From assembly GCA_951406725.2 (NCBI GenBank), contig OX597819.1, positions 98,456,001-98,520,000 of the forward strand: DNA of 64,000 bases, read 5' to 3'. The notes under the pieces were generated by a model. That model did not search any database. It was not told the DNA's origin and worked only from the letters and a program-made list of their open reading frames with translations. This DNA comes from Octopus vulgaris. Taxonomy: Eukaryota. The translations under genes and the position numbers were made by a program. Each line of letters starts with the position of its first letter. The first letter of the stretch is position 1. Positions 1 through 12,035 of the stretch are shown here, piece by piece.

Positions 1-670
1 TTTACATCCCTTCAACTATACTTGTCATAGTTGATACCTAACAACTCTCTCTCTCTCTCTCTTTCTTTCTCTGTTATTGAAGCCTTATGTTAACGTCACT
101 AGAATTATGCGTGGAAGGTAAATTGTAAATTAGATGCTATATTACATAATACAATGAGTACCATTTTGAAACCTCTTTTATCAAACTAAAGTAGATATAG
201 GCACAATCCCAGTAAATGGAAACTGAAAATAGGTAATAGATTGGGTAGGGAGGGTTAATCAGTCTTACCTTTAGTTGTCAGGGGTGATAGCTTTTGGCAA
301 ATTTTGATCTTATTCGTCCTCCTCAGCAGAGCATAGAGATTGCTAGATCAATAAAGTTAGAAAACTGGTAATCCATATAGGTGCAAGCAGGGCAATGCCA
401 AGATAAAGATGACTTGGTCAATGCTTGAATACTATTAACTCTTCAGTGTTTGGACTGGCCAAAACTGGCTGAAAATTATTCTTTATTTGTTTGAACTGGC
501 CAAACCAGCCATATCTGATTCTTCTACAAAATTGCTAAAAAAAAATAAACAGATCACATTATTGAATTCTTGTTGCTTTGAGATAAATCCTTTCCTGCCT
601 TTATTCAAGTAAAAGTATAGTAAAATTTTTGAGACTTCTTGGTTTTTTTCAGTGTTTGTTGAGAAGTGTA

Positions 671-1375
671 TCATCATCATCATCGTTTAACGTCCGTTCT
701 CCATGCTAGCATGGGTTGGACGGTTCGACCGGGGATCTGGGAAGCCAGAAGGCTGCACCAGGCTCCGGTCTTATCTGGCAATGTTTCTACAGCTGGATGC
801 CCTTCCTAACGCCAACCACTCTGTGAGTGTAGTGGGTGCTTTTTACATGCCACCTGCACTGGTGTCAGGCGAGGCTGGCATCAGCCACGGTCGGATTGGT
901 GCATTTTACGTGCCACCTGCACGGAAGCCAGTCGAGGCGGCACTGGCTTCGGCCACGATTCAGATGGTACTTTTTACGTGCCACCGACACGGAAGCCAGT
1001 CGAGGCGGCGCTGGCATTGGCCACGATTCGGATAGTGCTTTTTACGTATCTCCAGTCCAGGGGTCCTGGCATCTACCGGGTGCCAGTCATAAGATTGGTT
1101 CAATTTCGATTCCGATTTCACTTGCCCCAACAGGTCTTCGCAAGCAAAGGGGGGTTGGCATAGGTGCCTGTCGTCGGATGAGGTTCGATATCGACTTCGC
1201 TTGCCTCCACAGGTCTTTGTGTGTCCAAGGGAGGAAAGGCATGCATAAGTGGGCTGGACTCACTTGTCCTGCCTGGTCTTTTCACGCACAGCATATTTCC
1301 AAAGGTCTCGGTCACTGGTCATTTCCTCAGTGAGACCTAAAGTTCGAAGGTCGTGCTTCACCACCTTGTCCCAAG
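671..1375 (-). mobile_element. RTE-clade LINE 3' end (ORF C-terminus, tandem-repeat 3' UTR, (GAT)n tail)
   Basis: minus strand WDKVVKHDLRTLGLTEEMTSDRDLWKYAVREKTRQDK*; about 60-bp tandem units containing TTTTACGTGCCACC; (CAT)n at 671-683 on the + strand. Confidence 0.8.
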
Positions 1376-1544
1376 TTCCAGTTCACTCAGCTGTAGAAAT
1401 GAGTTGCACCATCACTGGTGCCAAGCTGTATCACAAGTGATGCTTATTTTCCATGGGTTCCCTCCACTGCTAGGGATTGGCACTTTTTCACACACCTATC
1501 TTCATCCATTCTCGCCACATGACCATATCTTAGTTTTTAATGAT

Positions 1545-2478
1545 ATGGCATCAGCAAGTAGTGATTCCAACTTCGAAGGTTTTACTCTTGATATATGCAA
1601 AATATAAACATAAACAACAGTGATTTGTCTTTGAACAAATCATATTGACATTTATGAATCTTCGTCGGATGAGGAAAATTTTGATAATGAAAGTGATGAA
1701 AATGGTATTGAAAACATTACGGCAACATGGTTGAAGATTACTACATCAACCACAATACCTGTTTTCACAGAAAAGACTAGTCCACAATACAGTCTACCTC
1801 TTGATGCTCAACTGTTGGACTATTTATTTTTACTTTTACCAAAAAGTATTTTTGAAACTTGCGGAAGAAACAAATACGCTCAACGCATAATTTCTATTCG
1901 TGGAAGACATGATCCATTATGGCAGCCAACTGATACTGTAGAAATGCAAGCTTTTTTACTATAAACATTATGTTTTGGTATCCAGCAGCTTCCTAAACTG
2001 TGGAAATACTGGAGTCCTGATATAAGGTATTGTGATCCATATCTCTCCAGCGTTATGTCCAACTATAGTTAATTCATATATTGTTTATGTAAAAGCCACA
2101 AGATACCTCCACCACCAAAGGATTATGACTATTTGAAATTTTGGGTTGACATTGCATCTCAATTACGTGAGGACTTTTCTTCTAGAAAGCACCGAACTGG
2201 GAAAGCTTGCAGACTGTGTTTGCTGCAAAAAAGAAAAACTGCAAAAAGATATCAGGTCGAGATTTCATGTGTTCGTCTTGCAAAGTGCCCTTGTGTAAAG
2301 GGTACCTTGGACAGTTTCATGATAAAAATATGGCATAACTATATTTTGTTGTTTGATAGTAATACTGTCATATATTCCTTTCATTTTATTACAAATAATA
2401 AGTAAAGGTGAGAAATTCATATTATTCTCAGTATGTTACACACCTGTATTTACCTTTGCCTCATCTGTTAAAGGGTTT
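1545..2478 (+). mobile_element. degenerate, internally deleted piggyBac transposase remnant
   Basis: acidic N-terminus (SDSNFEGF...SSDEENFD), ...NKYAQ...WQPTDTVEMQAF...YWS...YLSSVMS segment and C-terminal Cys-rich CRLC...C; stops and frameshifts; AAAGGGTT end near 2470-2477. Confidence 0.7.
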
Positions 2479-3107
2479 TTTCAATTAGATACATTCAGTT
2501 ATGTAAATGTATTCAATGACTAGCAAAAGAGTTTTGTACTTTATTTTCAATGAAAATGTTTGAATGAAATATAGAGAAAGAATAAAATCTTGTACCAATT
2601 ATACTTGTATTTTGATAAATTCAAATTAATATACATCATTTTGAAAAGTGGTAAAATAGTAGTTGATATCTGGGATAATTTTAGTATCAAACCAAAGAGG
2701 TAAGATCCATTAAGAATTTCAATTTTAGTGTTTATCCATAATGTTATTGTTTTTACACTTGTTAATTAAATTTACCTGCCCATAAAAAGTCAAATTTAAT
2801 CAGCAAGATCAGCTAAAATTACATAACTATAATTCACTGGTATATAAGCACCCACTGACAAAATTTCAAATCTGTATGTAAAAAATTAACAAAGTTAAGC
2901 AAATATTGTGGACACCCCTCTTGAACCTGAATAATTCAAAATAACGTGAACAAATAAGCATTATATTTGATAGATTAATCTGAACACCATGGGTTAATCA
3001 TAAATCTGCTTGACCAGGGCTGATCTAGAGTTAACTAATAGCAAAGTTAAATATAAATAATAGCTCTCTCTCTCCTTCAGCTGTTGTCTTGAAGAATTAA
3101 TAATGGT

Positions 3108-3315
3108 TCCAGATTTTGGTACAAGACCAGCAATTTTGGAGGTGGGGGCTAAGTCGATTACATCGACCCCAGTGCTCAATTGTTACTTATTTTATTGACT
3201 CTGAAAGGATGAGAGGCAAAGTCGACACCGGAAGAATTGAAATCAGAACATAAAGATGGACAAAATGCCACTGGGCATTTTACCTGGCACAGTAACATTT
3301 TTGTCAGCTTGCTTC
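3108..3315 (-). mobile_element. SINE family B fragment (Nin/Deu-like central domain)
   Basis: similar to 23373-23601 and 59688-59897. Confidence 0.65.
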
Positions 3316-3532
3316 TTGAGGAATTAATAGTGATAATAGTTTATTTGATACTGCCATTCAGTTAATTCTTTTGTATTTAAACCCAAATATTCTGTTTTAT
3401 GTTCAAACAGGCCAGATCTGATGATTCACACCTTCCCTACAAAGTCATTCTGAAAATAAATAATCACATCATTGAAATCTCAAAGCTACAAAATAATGCA
3501 CAATTAATTCAAACACTGAATAAATAAGCATT

Positions 3533-3877
3533 AAGGTGCATGGCTCTGTGGTTAGAAGGTCAGGGTAACAATCATGAGGCTTTGAGTTCATTTCCTGGAT
3601 GAGGCTGCATGTTGTGTTCTTGAGCAAGACACTTTATTTCACATTGCTCCAGTTCACTCAGCTGTAGAAATGAGTTGCACCATCACTGGTGCCAAGCTGT
3701 ATCGGCCTTCTTTGCTTTCCCTTGGACAACATTAATGATGTGGAGAGGGGAGACTGGTATGCATGAGTGACTGCTGGTTTTCCACAAAATAACCTTGCTT
3801 GGACATGTGCCTCGGAAGGGAACTTTAGGTGCAATCCCATGTTCATTCATAACCAAAGAGTCTTCAGCCTTTACCTT
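3533..3877 (+). mobile_element. tRNA-derived SINE family D
   Basis: A box TGGCTCTGTGG, B box GAGTTCATTTCC; homologous to 29633-29900 and 58899-59237. Confidence 0.75.
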
Positions 3878-4042
3878 TAAATTTGTCTGAGTGCCTTTGA
3901 ATGCTAAGGAATTAAAGTATTTATTGTAACTACTGGCCTTTCTTTAGAAGGAGACAATCTACTTTGGCCCTGCCCCCTCCTTCTTTAAAGTGACACAGCC
4001 TGTATTACTCATTGCAGAAGATGACCCACAGAACAGTCACTA

Positions 4043-4179
4043 TTAACCTTTTAGCATTTACATTATTCTGTCAAAAGTGATGCTTATTTTTCACATTGAT
4101 TTTTATGTAGCTTTGACATTTTAATGAGAAGACTGTTAAGTTGTAACATGATATTGTACAGTTGCTGTGAAAGGGTTAA
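4043..4179. mobile_element. piggyBac-type MITE remnant
   Basis: TTAA-CCTTTTAGC ... GAAAGGG-TTAA ends. Confidence 0.55.
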
Positions 4180-4588
4180 ATTATTTAATGTCAGGTACCA
4201 CTATCCCATCTGATTAATCTTAGTAAGCACTAACCTGTATAAGTTTTCTTTAGATAATTTCTTATCAGTTATCTAGGTCACACTTTATGTACCAATTGTT
4301 TGAACATTTCTGGCTCACTTGTGATATTCCAGTTTTACTTGATGATCATTAAACCAATTTTATATAATTAACCTTGTAGACATGATTTCAATTAAGTGTT
4401 ATTCATACCATTTTAATGTTCTCAACATACAAAGGTACCATGTGTGGTTAAGAAGCTTATTTCTTATACATGTGGTCTTGGGTTTAGTTCACTATGCAGT
4501 ACCTTGGACAAGTGCATTCTACTATAGCCCTGAGCCTACCAAAGTGTTATAAATGAATTTGGTAGAATGAAACTGTATGGACGCCTAT

Positions 4589-4647
<59 letters not shown>

Positions 4648-4649
<2 letters not shown>

Positions 4650-5110
4650 TAGCTGATGTACTCAGTAATTCCCAGGAAAGCAGGGCTTATCCCTTGCTTC
4701 TGTTCTCATAATTGTTTCGCTAATCCAGTAACAACAATGGAAAATATGTAGACCGTAATATGGTTTTTGTGCATTTACAGAGAATATTGAACTGTCTTAA
4801 ACAGAGTCTTGTTTTTGGGAATTTCCAATAAGTTATGAATACCCAAATTGTGAAGTCAGTTATGTAATAACATGAAATTAGTTACTCGATAGTAAGAATT
4901 CAAATAAAGTAGCCCTGAGAAGGGCTTTAACGCATTCTCAGATTATATAGAGTTTAGGAGGAAATACTAATAAGGTATGTATACTAAAATTGTGAAGTGT
5001 ATTAAGTAATAACAGGTTAATCAGATGTGAGATAATAACAATTGAAAGTAAATAACTCTGAAAAGGGATTTTGTGCATTCTCAGAGAATATTACCCTCAA
5101 TGGCGCTAGT
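4648..5110 (-). repeat. degenerate about 140-bp tandem repeats beginning at a CTAG Helitron-like terminus
   Basis: AAATTGTGAAGT at about 4846 and 4988; TTTTGTGCATT...AGAGAATATT at about 4765 and 5069; TACTAGC follows (TA)n. Confidence 0.4.
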
Positions 5111-5699
5111 GTTAGTATATTTGTGAATAAGTCACTAACCGAAATAAGTGGATCTATTGTTTAGGAAAATACTATTTACTTGTTTAAGGGTTGTACTGGA
5201 TAATTGTGAAGATAACTCTAACAGTTCAAATATTAAGAAATAAGCATACTCGATTTGATTCATACCCAATAATTTAGGAAAATGAATGGGTTATTTCTCT
5301 TGGCTATCTATAAGGATCCCTTCCAGGGGCCCTATTATCGATTTGGCTACTGTCCAATGACTGAAACATGTGATGTATTAACTTTTAGCAGTTGAAATAT
5401 ATGACAAACGTATTTTGACTTACCTAATTCTGCTTATATTTACGCACTGCTTAGCACTGATGCTTCGTTTTACACACACACACACTTTCTTGCCATAAAA
5501 TAATACCATTAATTTTACAGAGATTACTGTAAAGCAGATTTTCATGTCTCTTAACTCAATATTTACTACTGTAGTCTAACTATTTCTTTCTAAATCTAAT
5601 TGAACAAGGATAATTGTGGAAGTGGTGATGGAGTGGGGTGGGGGTTCATCTGTTACAGTCTGTATCCCATAGTCATACTTCACATACCATGTACATTAT

Positions 5700-6090
5700 A
5701 TTCACTGTTCATGTTTCACTATGGTACATCATCACTTGTCTTACACCTCATATAGTCCTCTATACACAGTGCCATACACCATCACACATCTTACATACAC
5801 CGTATATTGTCTTCTATACATACTACCATACAGGTCGCACATCTTACACCTTACATAATCTTCTGTATACACTACCATACATGTCACACATCTTGCAATC
5901 ACTATTTATAGTCCTCTCTGTAAATTACCATATATTATCAAACATCTTATACAATATATAGTATTCTGTATATGCTACCATACATTGTCGCACATCTTAT
6001 ACACACCTTATGTAGTCCTCTACATCCACTGTCCATGTTTCACCACTATTACACCATCACATGTCCATGCCACATATAGTGTAACACCTC
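5700..6090. repeat. degenerate about 50-bp minisatellite
   Basis: recurrent TAGTCCTCTATAC...TACCATACA...CACATCTTA, about 6-7 copies. Confidence 0.65.
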
Positions 6091-6192
6091 ACCTAGTGTT
6101 TAAAACTGTAATATATTAATAGTGAGATATATTGATTTTTGGATTTGGTTTGCAAGATTCTTTATTTGAGTTCGTGTGTTGCAGCATATTCT

Positions 6193-6473
6193 GTTGTGTC
6201 TGGGGAGAGTCATTTTCTTTTTGTGCCTTATAATGTAACACACTCACTGGTAAAATTTCCACTTATTTCTTATTTTTATTTTCTTAAAATTTTCGTTGTG
6301 TCTTGCAACCTTTTCAATGGTTTAGTATAACGGACAGAGTCAAGACTATTGAAAAGGTTGCAAGATGCAACGAAAATTTTAGGAAAATAAAAATAAGAAA
6401 TAAGTGGAAATTTTACTGGTGAGTGTGTTACATTATAAGGCACAAAAAGAAAATGACTCTCCCCAGACACAAC
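6193..6473. repeat. foldback inverted repeat (about 127-bp arms, about 26-nt loop)
   Basis: GTTGTGTCTGGGGAGAGTCATTTTC... is the reverse complement of ...GAAAATGACTCTCCCCAGACACAAC; ORFs 6139+ and 6276- translate to the same peptide. Confidence 0.92.
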
Positions 6474-6552
6474 GAGATATATTGAGTTTTGTTCCAATGG
6501 TTTCTAGAATCTTATTGTTAGTGGCCAACATCTCTTCCTGATGGTTTTTCAG

Positions 6553-6638
6553 GTTTGCTACAGACAAATGATAAAATAGCACTGAAAGAAATTGCTCGAC
6601 AACTTCACCTTGACAACACTGTTGGAGACAAAGTATTT
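6553..6638 (+). CDS. ORC4: ORC4 internal coding exon ([29 protein letters not shown])
   Basis: tttcag acceptor and gtaagt donor, 86 bp, phase 1 to 0; translation closely matches the metazoan ORC4 segment recalled as [29 protein letters not shown]. Confidence 0.95.
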
Positions 6639-7096
6639 GTAAGTGATATTTTTTTTCTTTACTTTATAGGCTTCCATCAACACTGCCAATCCCACCTCCA
6701 ACTCTGTACCACTACCACCACCATTATCACCGCTACCACCATCACTCCTCCATCCATACTATTACAACAGTAATTACGGCAAGGATTCACGCTTTTACTT
6801 ATGTTACCCTCTGATGTTCGATGTTGTGTGATGTCTTGCGTTGTGGTTGTGTGATATTGAGTTAGTATAGAAGATATGTGACTGGTTGTATGGTATCTGT
6901 ATGTTGTGTTAGTATGAATCTGTCAGTACACATGTTTGTAATTGTGTGGGGTCTGTTGGTTTAGTATGGAATTAGTATTACAGGGATTGATACTATTAGT
7001 ACCTTAGATATATTTATTGTTGCATGGTGGCTATGTTGTGCTTGAGTGTTGTTAGTATTGCAGATATATTCATTGTGAGATGTTTACATAGTTTGT

Positions 7097-7512
7097 TATT
7101 TCTTTACTGCCCACAAGGGGCTATACACAGAGGGGACAAACAACATACAAACAGATTAAGTTGATTATATTGACCCCAGTGCGTAATTGGTACTTATTTA
7201 ATCGACCCCGAAAGGATGAAAGGCAAAGTCGACCTCGGCGGAATTTGAACTCAGAACGTAGTGGGAAATGAATTACCTACTTCTTTCCTACCCACAAGGG
7301 GCTAAACACAGAGAGGACAAACAAGGACAGACAGACGGATCAAGTCGATTATATCGACCCCAGTGCGTAACTGGTACTTATTTAATCGACCCCGAAAGGA
7401 TGAAAGGCAAAGTTGACCTCGGCGGAATTTGAACTCAGAACATATCAACGGATGAAATGCCGCTAAGCATTTCGCCTGGCGTGCTAACACTTTTGCCAGC
7501 TCGCCGCCTTCC
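7097..7512 (-). mobile_element. SINE family B with duplicated 3' portion
   Basis: 7097-7262 repeats 7278-7442; contains the GCCTTTCATCCTTTCGGGGTCGAT...AAGTACCAG core (Nin/DeuSINE-like). Confidence 0.8.
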
Positions 7513-7627
7513 TTAGATGCTTACGTAGTGTTAGTATCATGTTACTTGCATTACAGATATATTTGTTGTTGTGTGATATCTATGTTACTTCCAGATTGGC
7601 AGATATATTGTTCAGCAAAGTCTAGGT

Positions 7628-7832
7628 TACTCTTTTTACTTGTTTCAGTCATTTGACTGCGGCCATGCTGGAGCACCGCCTTTAATCGAGCAACTCGACC
7701 CCGGAACTTATTCTTTTGTAAGCCCAGTACTTATTCTATCGGTCTCTTTAGCTGAACCACTAAGTGACGGTGACATAAACACACCAGCATCAGTTGTCAA
7801 GCAATGCTATGGGGACAAACACAGACACACAA

Positions 7833-7863
<31 letters not shown>

Positions 7864-8022
7864 CGGCGGGCTTCTTTCAGTTTCCGTCTACCAAATCCAC
7901 TCGCAAGGCTTTGGTCGGCCCGAGGCTGTAGTAGAAGACATTTGCCCAAGGTGCCACGCAGTGGGACTGAACCCGGAACCATGTGGTTGGTAGACAGGCT
8001 ACTTACCACACAGCCACTCCTG
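7628..8022 (-). mobile_element. tRNA-derived SINE family A (internal TA/CA microsatellite, AAAAGAGT-repeat tail)
   Basis: A box TGGCTGTGTGG, B box GGTTCAGTCCC; more than 15 homologous copies in the window. Confidence 0.9.
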
Positions 8023-8089
8023 TGTTGTTGATGTTGCTTTTGTTCTTTGCATAAGTTTTAACAATATATCTAAGTTTAACATTTTGCAG

Positions 8090-8138
8090 GGATCATTTGC
8101 TGAGAACTTACAGTTTTTATTGGAATCTTTGAAAAGTG
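8090..8138 (+). CDS. ORC4: ORC4 49-bp exon (GSFAENLQFLLESLKSG)
   Basis: ttgcag / gtaggt boundaries; matches ORC4 GSFAENLSFLLEALKKG; phase consistent with neighbouring exons. Confidence 0.95.
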
Positions 8139-8193
8139 GTAGGTTAAATTTTGTATTGACCAATTGCAAATTTTCAATATTCTGCTGCTTTGA

Positions 8194-8570
8194 TACTCTT
8201 ACTCTCTTTTTACTCTTTTACTTGTTTCAGTCATTTTGACTGCAGCCATGCTGGAGCACCGCCTTTAATTGAGCAAATCGACTCCAGGACTTATTCTTTG
8301 TTAGCCTAGTTACTTATTCTATCGGTCTCTTTTGCTGAACTGCTAAGTTACAGGGACGTAAACACACCAGGATCAGTTGTCAAGCGATGTTGGGCACACA
8401 CACACACACACACACGATGGACTTCTTTCAGTTTCCGTCTACCAAATCCACTCATAAGGCTTTGGTCGGCCCAAGGCTATAGTAGAAGACACTTGCCCAG
8501 GGTGCCACACAGTGGGACTGAACCCAGAACCATGTGGTTGGTAAGCAAGCTACTTACCACACAGCCACTT
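8194..8570 (-). mobile_element. SINE family A
   Basis: homologous to 7628-8022. Confidence 0.88.
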
Positions 8571-9298
8571 CCGGTCCGTTTATTGCTTCTCCTTATACCA
8601 ACATATTTTCATAGCTTTAGTGTTGTGTGATGAATTGACAAAGCCTGCAGAAATTTAACTAATAAATGTGTGAAGGTGCAATAAACTGACAATGTGGCCA
8701 TAATTGTTGGTTGATTTAGTCAAGGTAGTAGACAGAAGGCAGGATGTTTAATTAAGCTAGTTTAGATATAAGTATAGTTAAGTGTTATGGAGCAAAAAAA
8801 AAATTTGTTTTGAAGATCAATTATTTATTAATTTATTGAAGATGATGGCCTCACACATTTTCTACAAATGTACTCTTTAAGCTTTCCGATGCAAACCCAT
8901 CCTAGACCATGTCTGGTTTTGTAATGCAAACTTTTTTGTTTTATGGAATACTGGAAATGAACAACATAGCTTGTATGATGGTGATACTTGTTTGCGACTA
9001 TCACATGATGATGTCAGGACAAGGGTAAACATACTCACATGCATGCACACACACACACGCTCACAGACATCCACTTACATATATGCACACACTTGCATAT
9101 ACACACATGCACCATCTGCCAAATCCACTCATAAGAATTTAGTTGACTTCAGGTTATAGTAGAAAACTCTGACTCAAGGTGCTGTACGGTGGGATTGAAC
9201 CTGAAGCTACATTCTTGGGAAGAAACTTTCTTAACCATACAGAATATATAATTGCTAATATTACATATCTAACAGACATATAATTGGTTAACATTATA

Positions 9299-9664
9299 CT
9301 AGCACTGTGATCCGGCGTTGCCAGGTCATAGTGCTTGTACATGCATATACAGCTGTGTGCATGTGCACATACACGCGAGTACTGTCCAAATCTCCAACCA
9401 ATCACATACAGCTAGCTGGCATTCAATCTGCGTATCAAGTTTCGGGCATTTTGATTGGGTTTTGGATAGAATATTCACAAAAAAGTGCCTTCTATTGATT
9501 TTTTAATGGCTTTGCGGGGTGACTGGGGAAATGTAAAGATGTGCACAATCACCCTTGGACGGTTTTGAATGACCATAGAAAGTGCGAGCCCTCTAACTGA
9601 AAAATTGTGGATTTGTATAAAGGACACGCACACAGACAGACATTTTGCCATTTATATATAGAGA
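9299..9664 (-). mobile_element. non-autonomous Helitron
   Basis: minus strand begins A|TC(TCTATATATAAA) and ends CTAG|T; subterminal hairpin TGATCCGGC-GTT-GCCAGGTCA; no TSD; partial second copy at 10657-10840. Confidence 0.75.
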
Positions 9665-10106
9665 TATTCAGCAAATTGTAGTCACTAGCAAAGCCCATGG
9701 TAAGAAAATTATGAGGCCAAATCTCAGAATGTTAATCTCATCCAAACAAGAATGCCAATGTGTCTTGATATTAGGTTTGGCAAACTTATACAACCCATGT
9801 TAACTTGAAGGAGCAGTATCTTAAAGCAGTAATAATGATTTGTGAAAACGGTAGTTAATTAGAAAGCTAATGAATATGAATGAACATGGTGAGCTTGTTG
9901 AATAACTACAATTTTAATTATTCATTGAAGTTGTTTTATTAATGCATTCATGCTATTTGATATTTCTGTTATCTTGCTTCATTTACACAGTTCTGTAAAT
10001 AGGGTTAAAAAGGGTGAGCTTGTAGAGAGAAAAGTGCAAGAGACTGCTAACTGTGTTAATAACAAAGGGGTTTTATTTCTTCAAAAAATATATTATATAA
10101 TTGATG

Positions 10107-11227
10107 TGCGAGCTGGTATCAAAAAGTTCTTGGACTAGTGTTTAATAAAAAATTACTTGTTTACCTAAGTTTTAACCCCATCTCCTTCGATATAGTCACC
10201 TTGTGCGGCAATATACACCAGTTCCAGTGTTCCTGCCACTTTTGGAATCCAGCCTGGAAGTTGTTTTCTGCAAGTGAGTTGAGAACCTTCTGCGATTTAC
10301 TCTGGGTCTCAACAACAGTGTTGAAATGGCGACCTTTGTGCTGCATTTTCATCTTGGGGAAGAAATGGAAGTCTGCAGGTGCTAAGTCTGGTGAATAGGG
10401 CAGGTGCAGAAGCGAGAAACTCACAAGTAAGGAGAGCTTGGTGAGAGGGTGCATTGTTGTTGTGAAGGATCCAATTCTTCACGTACCACAGGTCCTGTTG
10501 CTTTCGCTGAATGTTCTCGTTCAGCTGCTTCAAAATGTTACAGTAGAATTATTGATTAACAGTCTGGCCCTCGGGGTGGGGGTGGTGGGAATTTTTGGTG
10601 CACAATACCACTTGAAAATTATGGCAAAGATTCACACTTTTATTTATGTTACCCTCTGATGTTGCCAGGTCATAGTGCTAGTACATGCATATACAGCTGC
10701 GTGCGTGTACAGTTACATGCGAGTACTGTCCAAATCTCCAACCAATCACATACAGCTAGCTGGCATTCAATTCGCGTATCAAGTTTCGGGAACTTTGATT
10801 GGGTTTTGGATAGAAAATTTAAAAAAAAGTCACTTCTATTGATATGTTGAAATAAACAATGAGTATGTTGTCGATTGAGCTGTGGCTCTGTTGTGCCCCT
10901 GTGCCATTTGAAACATTGCATACGATCCATTGCCTTGTGGCTGTAAGCTTGCTGAAGCATGCTTCATGTCTCTGTGGCTGACTTCCCAAGTTTAATTCAA
11001 AATTCACATTGGCTCTTTGTTCCAACTTCCTGTCTTTGACAGTAATTGCAAACTACTGCATACATGTGATCACAAAAACACAAATTTCACAATTTGCAAA
11101 GTAAACTCAGCACACTGGCTCATGCTCATGAAGGTCACTGCTAGCTTTCACTGCACACGCAACCATGTGCTGCCATCTGTTGGTGTGCTACAGAACTAGT
11201 CTGGGAACTTTTTGATACCCCCTCGTA
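10107..11227 (-). mobile_element. degenerate mariner element with both TIRs
   Basis: TIRs GGTATCAAAAAGTTC..GACTAG at both ends; transposase fragments MEQRANVNF, QCFKWH, WILHNNNAPSH, YSPDLAPADF; internal deletion with a Helitron fragment inserted. Confidence 0.88.
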
Positions 11228-11325
11228 TGTGTTTAGATAGCTATTTGACAGTAATAGCAGTGAAATTTTAGGGAATAGAGTGAGGGCTCATTAGCTGATG
11301 TGATAAGCTATTTGAGAAGTTCATA

Positions 11326-11910
11326 TACTCTCTTTTACTTGTTTCAGTCATTTGACTGTGGCCATACTGGAGCACCGCCTTTAGTCAAGCAAATCGACCC
11401 CAGGACTTATTCTTTGTAAGCCTAGTACTTATTCTATCGGATACTTTTGCTGAAGCGCTAAGTTACGGGAACGTAAACACACCAGCATCGGTTGTCAAGC
11501 GATGTTGGGGGTACAAACACAGACACACAAACATAAACACACGCATATATATATGTATATACTTTATTTAAAAGCAGCAGAAATTTAACAAAAGCTGTTA
11601 CTCAAAGTTTCGCGTTCCCATTTGTCGGACAGTTTTAACAAAATGAAATAAAGCATATTACTCTACCTCTGGTATTTGAGTACTCTTTTTTCCACCTTGT
11701 TTCACATTTATGTGTTTACTCCAGTATATACACACATATATACGACGGGCTTCTTTCAGTTTCCGTCTACAAAATCTACTCACAAGGCTTTGGTCGGCCT
11801 GAAGCTATAGTAGAAGACACATTGCCCAAGGTGCCACACAGTGGGACTGAGCCCGGAACCATGTGGTTCTTAAGCAAGCTACTTTCCACACAGCCATTCT
11901 TACGCCTATA
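11326..11910 (-). mobile_element. SINE family A carrying a nested insertion of about 165 bp (11560-11725)
   Basis: homology to family A; extra sequence inserted in the internal TA tract. Confidence 0.85.
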
Positions 11911-11916
11911 AAAATT

Positions 11917-12035
11917 TGCTTACAGCACCTAGGTTTCCCAAGCGGTCACCTATCTAAGTAGTAACTAGGCTTGACATTGCTTAACTTCAGCGATCGGACG
12001 AGAACCAGTGCTTTCAACATGATATGGCCGTAAGC
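11917..12035 (-). pseudogene. diverged full-length 5S rRNA copy (probable pseudogene)
   Basis: minus strand reads GCTTACGGCCATATCATGTTGAAAGCACTGGTTCTCGTCCGATCGCTGAAGTTAAGC...GGTGACCGCTTGGGAAACCTAGGTGCTGTAAGCA (119 nt); terminal helix intact, TTTTT just downstream; CpG-type transitions and an altered C box; solitary copy. Confidence 0.85.

Noticed and set aside
1-6552. Upstream ORC4 exons (Walker A region)
   Set aside because: No splice-bounded segment translating to the expected peptide was found; these exons are probably outside the window
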